DNA of 64,000 nucleotides, taken from the NCBI GenBank assembly GCA_031426215.1, contig JANPKU010000021.1, positions 656 to 64,655 of the forward strand, given 5' to 3'. The notes beneath the pieces were generated by a model. It was not told the DNA's origin. It was given only the letters and a program-made list of their open reading frames with translations, and searched no databases. Origin of the DNA: Actinomycetes bacterium. Its GTDB lineage: Bacteria > Actinomycetota > Acidimicrobiia > Acidimicrobiales > Ilumatobacteraceae. Positions 8,925 to 18,261 of this stretch are shown here, piece after piece. Made by a program: the position numbers and the translations under genes. The number at the start of each line of letters is the position of its first letter. Positions within the stretch are counted from its first letter, which is position 1.

Positions 8925-10258
8925 CCGACCGCCTCGAGTGTTGCGGCGGCGACCCCCGTGGCGACGAGGTCGGGTCCGAGGGCATCGACGATGTCGACCA
9001 AGACGATTTCTCCAGGCGCCAGCGCGAGGTCGACGTGGACGATCCCGTCGATCTCGGGGGCCTCCCGGTGGCTTCGTGCCACACCGGCCGTGTCGACGAG
9101 CACCTCGAGCGTCGAGCCGATCAACGCATCTCGCCGCGACGCCGTGATGTCGTCCTGCATCTCGCGCAGCTCGGCCAGCCGCTCGTTCATGAGCGCCGGG
9201 TCGACCTCGCCGTCGAGACCGGCCCCATAGGTACCCTCCTCGCGGCTGTACGAGAAGAATCCGCACCAGTCGAGCTGCGCCTCCTCGACGAAGTGCAGGA
9301 GCTGGTCGTGGTCGGCTTCGGTCTCACCGGGGTAGCCGACGATGAAGTTGCTGCGGAACGCTGCGTCGGGCTCGCGGTCGCGAATGTCGGCGATCCGATC
9401 GAGGAACCGCTGGCCGTCGCCCCAGCGACGCATCCGACGCAGCAACGACTTGCTGACGTGTTGCAGTGACAGGTCGAAATAGGGAACGCCGGAGCCACAG
9501 ATCACGTCGATCAACTCGTCGCTCAGGTCGCTCGGGTACAGGTACAGCAACCGCACCCGATCGACCTCGTCAGCCACAGCTCTCACGAGCGGCACGATCG
9601 ATCCGGCGCCCAGATCGCCCGGACGATCCTTTCCGTACGACGCCAGGTCTTGGGCAACGAGCACGATCTCACGGGCCTCGAGCTGATCCACCTCGGTGAG
9701 GATCGCGGCAATGTCGCGACTGCGCTGTGGGCCCCGGAAGCTCGGGATCGCGCAGAACCCGCACGAGCGGTCGCATCCCTCGGCGATCTTGACGTAGGCC
9801 CACGGGACCGCCGACTTGGGCCGGGGCAGGTTCAGGAGATCGAACTCGGGCAACGGCGTCGACGACACCGGAATCAGTTTGCGTCTGGACGCAGTTCCAT
9901 GCGGCACCTCTGTGCCGTCACGCTCGGCAGGAGTGACGTTGAACGCCTGCCCAAAGCCGGCGACGAGATCGATCTCGGGGAGTTCGGCCGCGAGTTCGTC
10001 GCCATAGCGCTCGGCCATACAGCCGGTGACGACGAGACGTGAGCCGTCCGCTCGTTGTTCGTCGAGCGCCAGGATCGTGTCGATCGACTCACGACGGGCA
10101 TCGTCGATGAAGGCACAGGTGTTGACCACCACGAGGTCCGCGAGGGCAGCGTCATCGGTGGGCTCCATGCCGTCCGCGAGGAGCGCGCCGACCAGCTTGT
10201 CGGAGTCGACGTCGTTCTTCGGGCAGCCGAGCGTCTCGATGTAGAACCGCTGGGACAC
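8921..10258 (-). CDS. rimO: Ribosomal protein S12 methylthiotransferase RimO (radical SAM, MiaB family)
   Basis: 445 aa. N-terminus FYIETLGCPKNDVDS, radical-SAM cluster motif CDRSCGFC, C-terminal TRAM-like region. Confidence 0.9.
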   Translation of the reverse strand: MSQRFYIETLGCPKNDVDSDKLVGALLADGMEPTDDAALADLVVVNTCAFIDDARRESIDTILALDEQRADGSRLVVTGCMAERYGDELAAELPEIDLVAGFGQAFNVTPAERDGTEVPHGTASRRKLIPVSSTPLPEFDLLNLPRPKSAVPWAYVKIAEGCDRSCGFCAIPSFRGPQRSRDIAAILTEVDQLEAREIVLVAQDLASYGKDRPGDLGAGSIVPLVRAVADEVDRVRLLYLYPSDLSDELIDVICGSGVPYFDLSLQHVSKSLLRRMRRWGDGQRFLDRIADIRDREPDAAFRSNFIVGYPGETEADHDQLLHFVEEAQLDWCGFFSYSREEGTYGAGLDGEVDPALMNERLAELREMQDDITASRRDALIGSTLEVLVDTAGVARSHREAPEIDGIVHVDLALAPGEIVLVDIVDALGPDLVATGVAAATLEAVG

Positions 10259-10305
10259 GGTCGTCCACGCTACCCGGCCTCCTCCGCCACGAGCGGGACG
10301 ACGTC

Positions 10306-11259
10306 TCAGGCCTGGGTCGAGCGGAACTTCTCCATCAGGTGACGTCCGGCCGTGGTGGGCTCGTGACGTGCTGTTTCACCGTCGTCGATGATGCACTCGA
10401 TGCGCGCATCCCAGTTCGCGTTGTGGAAGAACGGGATCGACAACCTGCGTCCTGGAGCGCCGGGCACGACACGATGCATCGTCGAACACCACCGGTCGTT
10501 GGTCCAACGCTGCATCAGATCGCCGAGGTTCACGATCAGCCCACCCTCGACCGGCTCCACGTCGCACCAACTGCCGTCGACCGACTCGACCTGCAGACCC
10601 GGCGCGCCATCGGTCCACAGGATCGTCAGCGTGCCGTAGTCGGTGTGAGCGCCTGCCCGAAGGCTTGCGACCGTGGACCCCGCTTCGACGTCGGGGTAAT
10701 GGGCGAGTCGCAGGGCCGATCCGTGACGGTCGATGTGCCGGGCGAACGCATCGTCGGCCAAGCCGAGCGCCACAGCGAAGGCCTCCATCAGCGTCGCCGA
10801 CAGCGAGGCCATCGCCCGATAGTGCGCCTCGACCGCCGGACGGAGTTCCGGGAGTGCCGGCGGCCACAGGTTCCGCGCGTACACCGCACGCTCGTCGGGG
10901 TCGACCATCTCATCGAGGGGTCGAAGTGGCGGGTCGATCGGTCCGACGTTGAAGGTCTCCTTCAGGTCGGGCGGTGCCTCACCGCCGAGCGAGCGGTTGA
11001 GCGCCTCTGCCTGCAACGGGCTGTAGCCGTACGGGTACCCGGGTTCAGGCATTGCGACGGCGAGCCGAGCCTCCAGCGGGAGGTCGAAGAACGCGAGGGC
11101 CAACCTGTGGAGCTCCTCCAGCAGCGCCGAATCGACTCCGTGTCCGATCAGGGTGAAGAAGCCAACATCGCGACATGCCCGGTCGATCGCCTCACCCACG
11201 GCGCCTCGCTGGTCGGTCGAGCCGCCGACGAAGTCGCTCAGATCGATGACCGAGATCAC
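10306..11259 (-). CDS. 2-oxoglutarate/Fe(II)-dependent oxygenase (isopenicillin-N-synthase-like)
   Basis: GTG at 11259 overlaps the upstream stop (GTGA) and gives 317 aa starting VISVIDLSDF. Has the HTDYGTLTIL His-x-Asp motif and a distal STMHRV His. Confidence 0.85.
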   Translation of the reverse strand: MISVIDLSDFVGGSTDQRGAVGEAIDRACRDVGFFTLIGHGVDSALLEELHRLALAFFDLPLEARLAVAMPEPGYPYGYSPLQAEALNRSLGGEAPPDLKETFNVGPIDPPLRPLDEMVDPDERAVYARNLWPPALPELRPAVEAHYRAMASLSATLMEAFAVALGLADDAFARHIDRHGSALRLAHYPDVEAGSTVASLRAGAHTDYGTLTILWTDGAPGLQVESVDGSWCDVEPVEGGLIVNLGDLMQRWTNDRWCSTMHRVVPGAPGRRLSIPFFHNANWDARIECIIDDGETARHEPTTAGRHLMEKFRSTQA

Positions 11260-12206
11260 TGGTGGGCGAGGCGCAGACCGGGTCGGGGCCACGGGAACGA
11301 CACGAGTCGCCCGGTACTCGAACACGTCACGTACGCGGTACGCAGATCGTCGCCGCCGAAGCAGATGTTCGTGGTGAGCAGGTCGCCGGTGGCGTAGTGC
11401 TCGACCTGGGATCCGTCGGGAGAGATCGCCGTGATGCCCCCGTTGAAGATCGTTGCGACACACACCCAGCCCTCACCGTCGACGGCGAGGGAGTCGAGGA
11501 ACTGGTAGCCGGGAAACCCGTACAGCACGCCGGGATCGAGCAGGTTGGAGGGTGCGAGTTCACCGGGTGATGTGATCGAGCGCTGGAACAAGCGGCCGGT
11601 GTGCGTTTCGGCCCAGTACAGCGTGTTGGCGTCGGGCGACATGCCGATGCCGTTCGGCGAGTCGGTCGGGAACACGGCCTCGACGATGCCGGAACCATCA
11701 GCGTGGGCGTAGTACACGCCGGTGAGATCCGCGGTGCGGGCGTGTTCGTCACGGATGCCGTGGTCGGTGAACCAGAACCCGCCGTGACCGTCCATCACCA
11801 GGTCGTTGGGGCCCCGGAGGGACTGTCCGTCACACTCGGTGTAGAGGTCGGTGATCGTGCCGTCGTGCGCATCGACACGCTGGATCCGACCGCCGAGATA
11901 GTGATCGGCGTCGAAACCACCTGTGGGCAGCATCATGCCGCCGAGATCGACGGGGGTGAACGAACCACCGTTGTTGCACAGATAGAACGCGCCATCGGGC
12001 CCGACGGCGGCACCGTTCGGGCCGCCGGGGATGTCGGCGATCGTTTCTGTGGTGCCATCGGGATGCACCCTGGTCAATCGTGGTCCGAACATCTCGACCA
12101 GCACGATCGAACCATCGGACATCCAGATCGGCCCCTCGGGGAACTCGAGGCCGCTCGCGACCTCGGTCAGCTCGGGGGTGAATGCGGTGACGTTCGGCTG
12201 GTCCAT
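11256..12206 (-). CDS. SMP-30/gluconolactonase/LRE-family protein
   Basis: Beta-propeller-like repeats (FPEGPIWMSDGS, GPNGAAVGPDG, PNDLVMDGHGGFWFTD, PNGIGMSPD). ATG 12206 is preferred over 12275, because codon 12275 lies in the loop of the hairpin at 12252..12300. Confidence 0.8.
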   Translation of the reverse strand: MDQPNVTAFTPELTEVASGLEFPEGPIWMSDGSIVLVEMFGPRLTRVHPDGTTETIADIPGGPNGAAVGPDGAFYLCNNGGSFTPVDLGGMMLPTGGFDADHYLGGRIQRVDAHDGTITDLYTECDGQSLRGPNDLVMDGHGGFWFTDHGIRDEHARTADLTGVYYAHADGSGIVEAVFPTDSPNGIGMSPDANTLYWAETHTGRLFQRSITSPGELAPSNLLDPGVLYGFPGYQFLDSLAVDGEGWVCVATIFNGGITAISPDGSQVEHYATGDLLTTNICFGGDDLRTAYVTCSSTGRLVSFPWPRPGLRLAHQ

Positions 12207-12251
12207 CGCGTCATGTTGCCAGGACCGGGCCTCCCAGCACCCAGCCAACGG

Positions 12252-12300
12252 CTTCTCGTGAACAAGATGCGTCATAGCTACGCAACTTGTTCACGAGAAG
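12252..12300 (-). terminator. Long hairpin 15 nt downstream of the ftsK stop (no U-tract)
   Basis: cttctcgtgaacaag a tgcgt catagct acgca a cttgttcacgagaag. That is 15 + 5 bp of perfect pairing around a 7-nt loop. Confidence 0.6.
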
Positions 12301-12315
12301 CGTCGGGAGGTTGGG

Positions 12316-14949
12316 TCAGACCTGGCCGTTCTGTTGGAGGAGCTCGAACTCCTCCACCGTCATCAGCACCGAGCGGGCCTTGGAGCCTTCGCTCGGTCCG
12401 ACGACACCCCGCTGCTCGAGCAGGTCCATGATTCGACCAGCACGGGCGAAACCGACCTTGAGCTTGCGTTGCAACATCGAGGTCGAGCCGAGCTGGCTGC
12501 GAACGACCAGTTCCATCGCCTGGCGCATCATTGCGGTGTCCTCGTCGTCGTCACCGGCGGAGAACGAGTTGGCGTCGGAGGTGACGTCGAGGTCGTCCAT
12601 CGATGCCATGCCGCCCGTGCCCGACGCACTCGTTCCCATCAGGCCACCAGGACGTGGTGGAACGAGCGACGACTGCCCCGACGAGCCGCTTGGTCCGCCA
12701 TCGCGGTCGCCTCCGCCGTCGCCGCCGGATTCGACGTCGTTGGAGTAGATCGGTTCGGGCGACTGGACCCGCCAGTGGGCGACGACCTGGCGGACTTCGT
12801 CCTCACTGACGAACGATCCCTGGATGCGGTTGGCGACCGACGAGTTGCCCGGCAGCAGCAGCATGTCTCCCTTGCCGACCAGCTTCTCGGCACCGGGTTG
12901 ATCGAGGATCACGCGACTGTCGGTGAGGCTCGACACGGCGAACGCCATCCGAGCCGGGATGTTCGCCTTGATCACACCGGTGATCACGTTCACCGACGGG
13001 CGCTGCGTGGCGACGATCAGGTGGATACCGACGGCGCGAGCTTTCTGAGCGATGCGGGTGATCGACTCCTCGACGTCGCGGGCGGCGACCATCATCAGGT
13101 CGTTCAATTCGTCGACCACCACCACGATGTACGGGAGATGCTCGTAGTCGATTTCGGAGCCGAGCGGCGGCTGGATCTGCCCCTTGGCGAAGGCCTTGTT
13201 GTAGCCGGTGATGTCGCGGTAGCCCAGCTCGGACAGCACGTCGTAGCGCCGTTCCATCTCCTTGACCGCCCACCCCAGCGCATTGGCCGCCTTCTTGGGG
13301 TTGGTCACCGGCTGGGTGAGCAGATGCGGAAGCCGGGCGTACTGGCCCATCTCGACTTGCTTCGGGTCGATGAGGATCAACCGCACGTCGTCGGGGGTCG
13401 TGCGCATCAGCAGCGACGTGATGATGCAGTTGATGCCACTCGACTTTCCCGCACCGGTGGCACCGGCGATCAACATGTGCGGCGTGGCGGCGAGGTCGAG
13501 GAACACCGCCTTGCCGGCGATGTCCTTGCCGATCGCCACGTCGAGGGGATTGCTGGCCTTGACCGCCTCGGGCGAGGCCAGCAGGTCACCGAGCGCGACG
13601 AGCTGGCGCTGATGATTCGGCACCTCGACGCCGATCGCCGAACGACCGGGGATCGGGGCCAGGATGCGCACGTCGACCGCCGCCATTGCGTACGCGATGT
13701 CCTTCTGCAGGCTGGTGACCCGGGCAACCTTCACGCCGGGCCCGAGTTCGAGTTCGTAACGGGTGACCGTCGGGCCGACCGTCATGCCGAGCAGGGTGGT
13801 CTCGACGCCGTGCGATGCCAGCGACTCGTGCAGCATCTGACCGCGTGCTTCGACTGCCTTGCGGTCGATGGTCTGTTCGCCGGGCCGGTCGAGGAACGTC
13901 ATGGGCGGCAGCACCCACTCGCCCACCTTGGCGCCGTCGCCGACCACCGCAGCGCCGGGCTGGCTCCCGGTTTCGAACTTCGGTTTCTTCGTGCGACGGG
14001 TCGTCGTAGGTTGCGATCCTGCGGCGAGGTCGTCGCCTTCCGCCGCGAAGTCGTACAGCCCAGGCGCTACTGACGATGCTTGGCCGGCGTGACCGAGCCC
14101 GTCGCCGGACCCCGAACCCGCAGCCGATGCTGCGTCACGGTCACTATTGAGGGTGGAGATGTTGCTGATGCCGGACTTGGCTGCACGGCCGAGCGGAGCG
14201 GCGACCGCTCGCAGGAACCCACCGGTCTGCTGGGCGAAGGTCTTGATCGAGGTACGCGTGACCAACAGCGCCCCGCCGGTGAACGCAGCAACGAGCACCA
14301 CTGCGGCGCCAGCGGTGGCGAGCAGCGCTTCGAGTGGGGTACCGACGATGGCGCCGATCCAACCGCCCGCGTCGTCGATGCCATCGGAGGCGTCGGCCAG
14401 CCGTTCGGCGCCACGAGCGACCTGCAACAGCCCGAGAACCGACAGCGACATGACCGACCAGCCGACGACCAGCTGGAACGGGCTGGCAGATCGTCCCTTG
14501 CGCAGCAGCGACACGCCGATTGCGACGAGGACGACGGGGACTGCGTACCGGCCGAGTCCGAACAGCCAACCGGCGAGCGTCTCGATCCCTCGACCCAAGG
14601 GGCCCGCAAGGTTCAGATAGACCGCGAGGCCCAAGAGGATGGCCAGACCGATGAGGCCGAGTCCGGCGAATTCGTGTTCCCGTCCGCCGACGGCATCGCG
14701 AAGATCGGCCTGAGCCTGGTCACGCCGCGAGCTCGAGCCTTCCGGTGGGGTGAGGTCGTCGACGCTGCCGGGCTTGGAGCGCTTCGACGTGGTCTTGCCC
14801 GATGCTCTACCGGACGCAGTTGTGCCGGCCGGAGTCGCCCTGGCGCCCCCCTTGGCGGCGGGTTTCGCCGCGGTGGTCGAGCGCTTCTTGGACGCGGACG
14901 TCTTGCTCGGCGGCGACGATCGCTTCTTGGACGGACCCCAGGTGGACAT
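12316..14949 (-). CDS. ftsK: DNA translocase FtsK/SpoIIIE
   Basis: N-terminal TM segments, a linker, the motor domain with Walker A GATGAGKSS and a C-terminal winged-helix gamma domain (LQRKLKVGFARAGRIMDLLE). A GTG at 14961 is an alternative start. Confidence 0.95.
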   Translation of the reverse strand: MSTWGPSKKRSSPPSKTSASKKRSTTAAKPAAKGGARATPAGTTASGRASGKTTSKRSKPGSVDDLTPPEGSSSRRDQAQADLRDAVGGREHEFAGLGLIGLAILLGLAVYLNLAGPLGRGIETLAGWLFGLGRYAVPVVLVAIGVSLLRKGRSASPFQLVVGWSVMSLSVLGLLQVARGAERLADASDGIDDAGGWIGAIVGTPLEALLATAGAAVVLVAAFTGGALLVTRTSIKTFAQQTGGFLRAVAAPLGRAAKSGISNISTLNSDRDAASAAGSGSGDGLGHAGQASSVAPGLYDFAAEGDDLAAGSQPTTTRRTKKPKFETGSQPGAAVVGDGAKVGEWVLPPMTFLDRPGEQTIDRKAVEARGQMLHESLASHGVETTLLGMTVGPTVTRYELELGPGVKVARVTSLQKDIAYAMAAVDVRILAPIPGRSAIGVEVPNHQRQLVALGDLLASPEAVKASNPLDVAIGKDIAGKAVFLDLAATPHMLIAGATGAGKSSGINCIITSLLMRTTPDDVRLILIDPKQVEMGQYARLPHLLTQPVTNPKKAANALGWAVKEMERRYDVLSELGYRDITGYNKAFAKGQIQPPLGSEIDYEHLPYIVVVVDELNDLMMVAARDVEESITRIAQKARAVGIHLIVATQRPSVNVITGVIKANIPARMAFAVSSLTDSRVILDQPGAEKLVGKGDMLLLPGNSSVANRIQGSFVSEDEVRQVVAHWRVQSPEPIYSNDVESGGDGGGDRDGGPSGSSGQSSLVPPRPGGLMGTSASGTGGMASMDDLDVTSDANSFSAGDDDEDTAMMRQAMELVVRSQLGSTSMLQRKLKVGFARAGRIMDLLEQRGVVGPSEGSKARSVLMTVEEFELLQQNGQV

Positions 14950-15059
14950 GACGTCGTACACGGTACCAATGGGCTGTCACCCCCGACCGTGACCCCCTCC
15001 ACCGGGCCCCCACGACCAGGTCGTGACGCCTCGTGTCCGAACACCCTTCGACACGGCGG

Positions 15060-15572
15060 TCAGACGGGATCGACTTCCAAGACGGTGCCGTCGGGAGCAA
15101 CGGTGACATCGAGTCGTCCACCCCCGGGAGACAGCGTGGAGACGACATAGCGCACCGATCCATTGGCGCCACCCTCGATGCTGAGCGCTTCGATCGTGGA
15201 GTCCGGCAGCTCGTCGCTCACCGCCACGAGGATCGAATCCTCATCGAAGTCGACGACGTCGGCCGCGAACGTGAACCCGGACGCTCCGGTCAGCTTCGGC
15301 GCAGGCGGCTGCAGTTCGCCGTCGAGGAACACGTACGGCACTGCTGCCGTGGTGTCATCGACGGCGACGAACAGGTTGGTCACCTGTCGACTCGCAGTGA
15401 CCTCGAAGAACACCTGACCGGCGCCGAGTTCGGCTTCGACGGCCTCGATCGCCGGGCGGATGTCGGACACGAACGAGTCGCCGCCGGCCGCATCTCCATC
15501 GTCGTTGCCGCCACACGCCGTGCCGACCGCCACGATCATGCCGACGGCAACCACGACCGACCACCGCGCCAA
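15060..15572 (-). CDS. Putative secreted protein or lipoprotein (function unknown)
   Basis: 170 aa. TTG start directly after the rnj stop. Hydrophobic N-terminus ending AVGTAC followed by GGNDDGD. Two beta-rich repeats. Confidence 0.6.
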   Translation of the reverse strand: MARWSVVVAVGMIVAVGTACGGNDDGDAAGGDSFVSDIRPAIEAVEAELGAGQVFFEVTASRQVTNLFVAVDDTTAAVPYVFLDGELQPPAPKLTGASGFTFAADVVDFDEDSILVAVSDELPDSTIEALSIEGGANGSVRYVVSTLSPGGGRLDVTVAPDGTVLEVDPV

Positions 15573-17312
15573 TCAGGCCTCCATGACGACCGGCACGATC
15601 ATCGGCCGGCGCTTGGTGCGTTCACTGACGAACTTGCCGGCAGCGCGGCGGACGTCGCGCTCGAGCGCCTCGACGTCGCGCACGCCCTTGCTCAGCGATT
15701 TCTCGACCGCGTCTGCGACGGCGTCGCACGCTTCGTCGAGGAGGTCCTCGGCCTCGGGGGCGTACACCCAGCCGCGGGTGATGATCTCGGGACCGACCAG
15801 CACCTTGCCGGTCTGGATGTCGACCGTGACCACCACGACGACCACGCCTTCCTCGGCCAGCTTCTGGCGGTCGCGCAGCACGCCTTGGCCGACGTCGCCG
15901 ACGATGCCGTCGACGTACAGGTAGCCGGACGGCACACGACCGATCGGGCGAAGCTCCTTGGCACTCAGCTCCAACACGTCGCCGTCCTCACACAGCAACA
16001 CCCGGTCGCGCTGCACGCCCATCAGCTCGCCGAGTTTCGCGTTGGCGACCATGTGGCGGTACTCGCCATGGATCGGCACGAACCACTCAGGGTTCACGAT
16101 CGACAGGTAAGTCTTGATCTCGTCGGCCTGGGCGTGACCGGTTGCGTGCACGTCGAGGATTCCCGAGTGGATCACCTCGGCGCCCATCCGGATCAGCCCG
16201 TCGATGACGGCGTTGACGTTGCCCTCGTTGCCCGGGATCGCATGGCTCGACAACACGACGGTGTCGTGTTCGCCGAGCTTGAGCCACTTGTTCTCGCCTC
16301 GCGCCATCAACCCCAGCGCCGACATCGGCTCGCCCTGCGACCCGGTGGAGATGATGCAGATCTGACCCGGCTGGTACTTGTCGATCTCCTCGATGTCGAT
16401 GATCGCCGACTCGGGGATGTCGAGCACCTTCAGCTCACGCCCGAGCCGGATGTTCTTCTTCATGCTCAGGCCGAGCGTGGCGATCTTGCGGCCGTCGGCC
16501 ATCGCGGCGTCGGCGATCTGCTGGATGCGGTGCAGGTGGCTGGCGAAACTCGCCGTGACGATTCGGCGATCGCGGTGGGCCGCGAACAGCCCGGTGAGGA
16601 CCGATCCGACCGTGGTCTCGCTCGGCGAGTACCCCGCCTCTTCGGCGTTGGTCGAGTCACTCATCAACAGTCGGATGCCGGGATCCTTCGCCAACTGGCC
16701 CAGCCGGGCCAGGTCGGTGCGACGCGAGTCGACCGGGGTGAGATCGATCTTGTAGTCACCCGAGTGCAACACCACACCTTGCGTGGTGTGCACCGCAATG
16801 GCGTGAGCGTGCGGCACCGAGTGGGTGACCGGAATGAACTCGACGGCCAGCGAGCCGATCTCGACCGTCTCGCCGTCGGCAACCTTGCGCATGTCGGTCT
16901 TGGGGAGCAACCCGGCTTCCTCGATGCGGTTGCGCGCCAACCCGAGGGTGAGCGCAGCTCCGTAGATCGGCAACGGGTCGCTGCGCAGATCGCCGATGCC
17001 GTCGTGATCGCGCAGCAGGTACTGGATGGCGCCCACATGATCCTCGTGGCCGTGGGTGAGTACCAGCGCCGAGATCCGCGCTGCGTTCTCACGCAAATAG
17101 GTGAAGTCGGGCAGAATCAGGTCGACGCCGTGCATGTTGGCGTCGGGGAACATCAACCCACAGTCGATGAGGATGATCGTGCGGTCGGGATCGTCTGCCG
17201 CGCCCTGCTCGATCGCCATGCAGTTCCGGCCGATCTCACCGAGGCCACCGAGGAAGATGATCCGAACGGGGACCTTCGAGTTGGTGGAGCCGGGCGGCGT
17301 GCGCTCAGCCAC
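15573..17312 (-). CDS. rnj: Ribonuclease J (metallo-beta-lactamase/beta-CASP)
   Basis: IFLGGLGEIGRNCMAIE and the HGHEDHVGA zinc motif. GTG at 17312 overlaps the dapA end by 8 nt. The longer ORF start at 17411 would lie inside dapA. Confidence 0.9.
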   Translation of the reverse strand: MAERTPPGSTNSKVPVRIIFLGGLGEIGRNCMAIEQGAADDPDRTIILIDCGLMFPDANMHGVDLILPDFTYLRENAARISALVLTHGHEDHVGAIQYLLRDHDGIGDLRSDPLPIYGAALTLGLARNRIEEAGLLPKTDMRKVADGETVEIGSLAVEFIPVTHSVPHAHAIAVHTTQGVVLHSGDYKIDLTPVDSRRTDLARLGQLAKDPGIRLLMSDSTNAEEAGYSPSETTVGSVLTGLFAAHRDRRIVTASFASHLHRIQQIADAAMADGRKIATLGLSMKKNIRLGRELKVLDIPESAIIDIEEIDKYQPGQICIISTGSQGEPMSALGLMARGENKWLKLGEHDTVVLSSHAIPGNEGNVNAVIDGLIRMGAEVIHSGILDVHATGHAQADEIKTYLSIVNPEWFVPIHGEYRHMVANAKLGELMGVQRDRVLLCEDGDVLELSAKELRPIGRVPSGYLYVDGIVGDVGQGVLRDRQKLAEEGVVVVVVTVDIQTGKVLVGPEIITRGWVYAPEAEDLLDEACDAVADAVEKSLSKGVRDVEALERDVRRAAGKFVSERTKRRPMIVPVVMEA

Positions 17313-18204
17313 GGGCGGCGACCAGACGGTCGTACACGCCGCGGGCGGCGTCTTCGAGTCCGTGGGGAGTGGGGCCCATCGGAGACCGGCATTCCCCGAC
17401 AGCATGACCAAGTGCTCTCAGCATCGCCTTCGACGGTACCGGGTTCGGAGCAGCCTCGGTGTTCGCGAACTCGTAGCTCTCGCACTGGCGAGCGTTGATC
17501 TGCCGGGCCGCCGCTGGGTCGCCGCGTCCCCAAGCGTTGAACATCTCGACGTGGTCGGGTGTGCACCAGTGAGTGGCCACCCCGATTGCTCCGACAGCTC
17601 CGACTGCCAGCAACGGCAGCGTCATCGAGTCGTCACCCGAGTAGATCTCGAAGCCGTCGGGGCTGTTCGCTGCGACCGCGGCGGTGGCACCCGGGTTCCC
17701 GGCAGCGTCCTTGAGGGCAACGATGTTCGCCACGTCATTGGCGAGACGAACGATCGTGGTGCTCTCGATCTTGCGGCCGGTGCGCTTGGGGATGTCGTAG
17801 AGCACCACCGGTAGGTCGGTGGACGCGGCGATCGCCCGGAAGTGCGTCTCCAGGCCGGCCTGCGACGGTCGGCTGTAGTACGGGCAGACGCCCAGGATGC
17901 CGGCAACCCCGAGATGCCCCGCCTCCTCGGTGAGGCCGATGTCGTGCAACGTGTTCGACCCGGTCGTGCCAGCGATCACCGGGACCGTCACGGCGTTGAC
18001 GACCGCTTCGAACAGCGTGAGTTTCTCGTCGATCGACAACACGGGCGATTCCCCGGTCGTGCCCGACACCACGAGGCCCTCGTTGCCCTGCTCGACCAGC
18101 CACTTGGCCAGCGCCACCGCTGCGTCGACATCGAGTGCGCCGTCGTCGCCGAACGGGGTGACCATGGCAGTGAGGACTCGACCGAAGCGCGACATCAGCG
18201 ACAC
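17305..18204 (-). CDS. dapA: 4-hydroxy-tetrahydrodipicolinate synthase
   Basis: 299 aa with DapA motifs TAMVTPF, VSGTTGESPVLS and YDIP..TG. Confidence 0.95.
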   Translation of the reverse strand: MSLMSRFGRVLTAMVTPFGDDGALDVDAAVALAKWLVEQGNEGLVVSGTTGESPVLSIDEKLTLFEAVVNAVTVPVIAGTTGSNTLHDIGLTEEAGHLGVAGILGVCPYYSRPSQAGLETHFRAIAASTDLPVVLYDIPKRTGRKIESTTIVRLANDVANIVALKDAAGNPGATAAVAANSPDGFEIYSGDDSMTLPLLAVGAVGAIGVATHWCTPDHVEMFNAWGRGDPAAARQINARQCESYEFANTEAAPNPVPSKAMLRALGHAVGECRSPMGPTPHGLEDAARGVYDRLVAARG

Positions 18205-18261
18205 CGCCCCGGCGGGGTGCAGGGCTGTCGGGCGGTCGTCACACGATTCACGGACCGCAAC

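Noticed and set aside
15033-17498. 821-aa plus-strand ORF, the longest unassigned ORF in the track
   Set aside because: It lies exactly antisense to RNase J and the lipoprotein gene, and has D/R/H/G/V-rich low-information composition with no motif. Long stop-free antisense frames are expected at this GC content. The same reasoning removes 12334..14073 (anti-ftsK), 32831..34657 (anti-infB), 7314..8760 (anti-cinA/pgsA), 50464..51897 and 51035..52213 (versus the OatA-like gene), 58832..60073 and 59679..60818.
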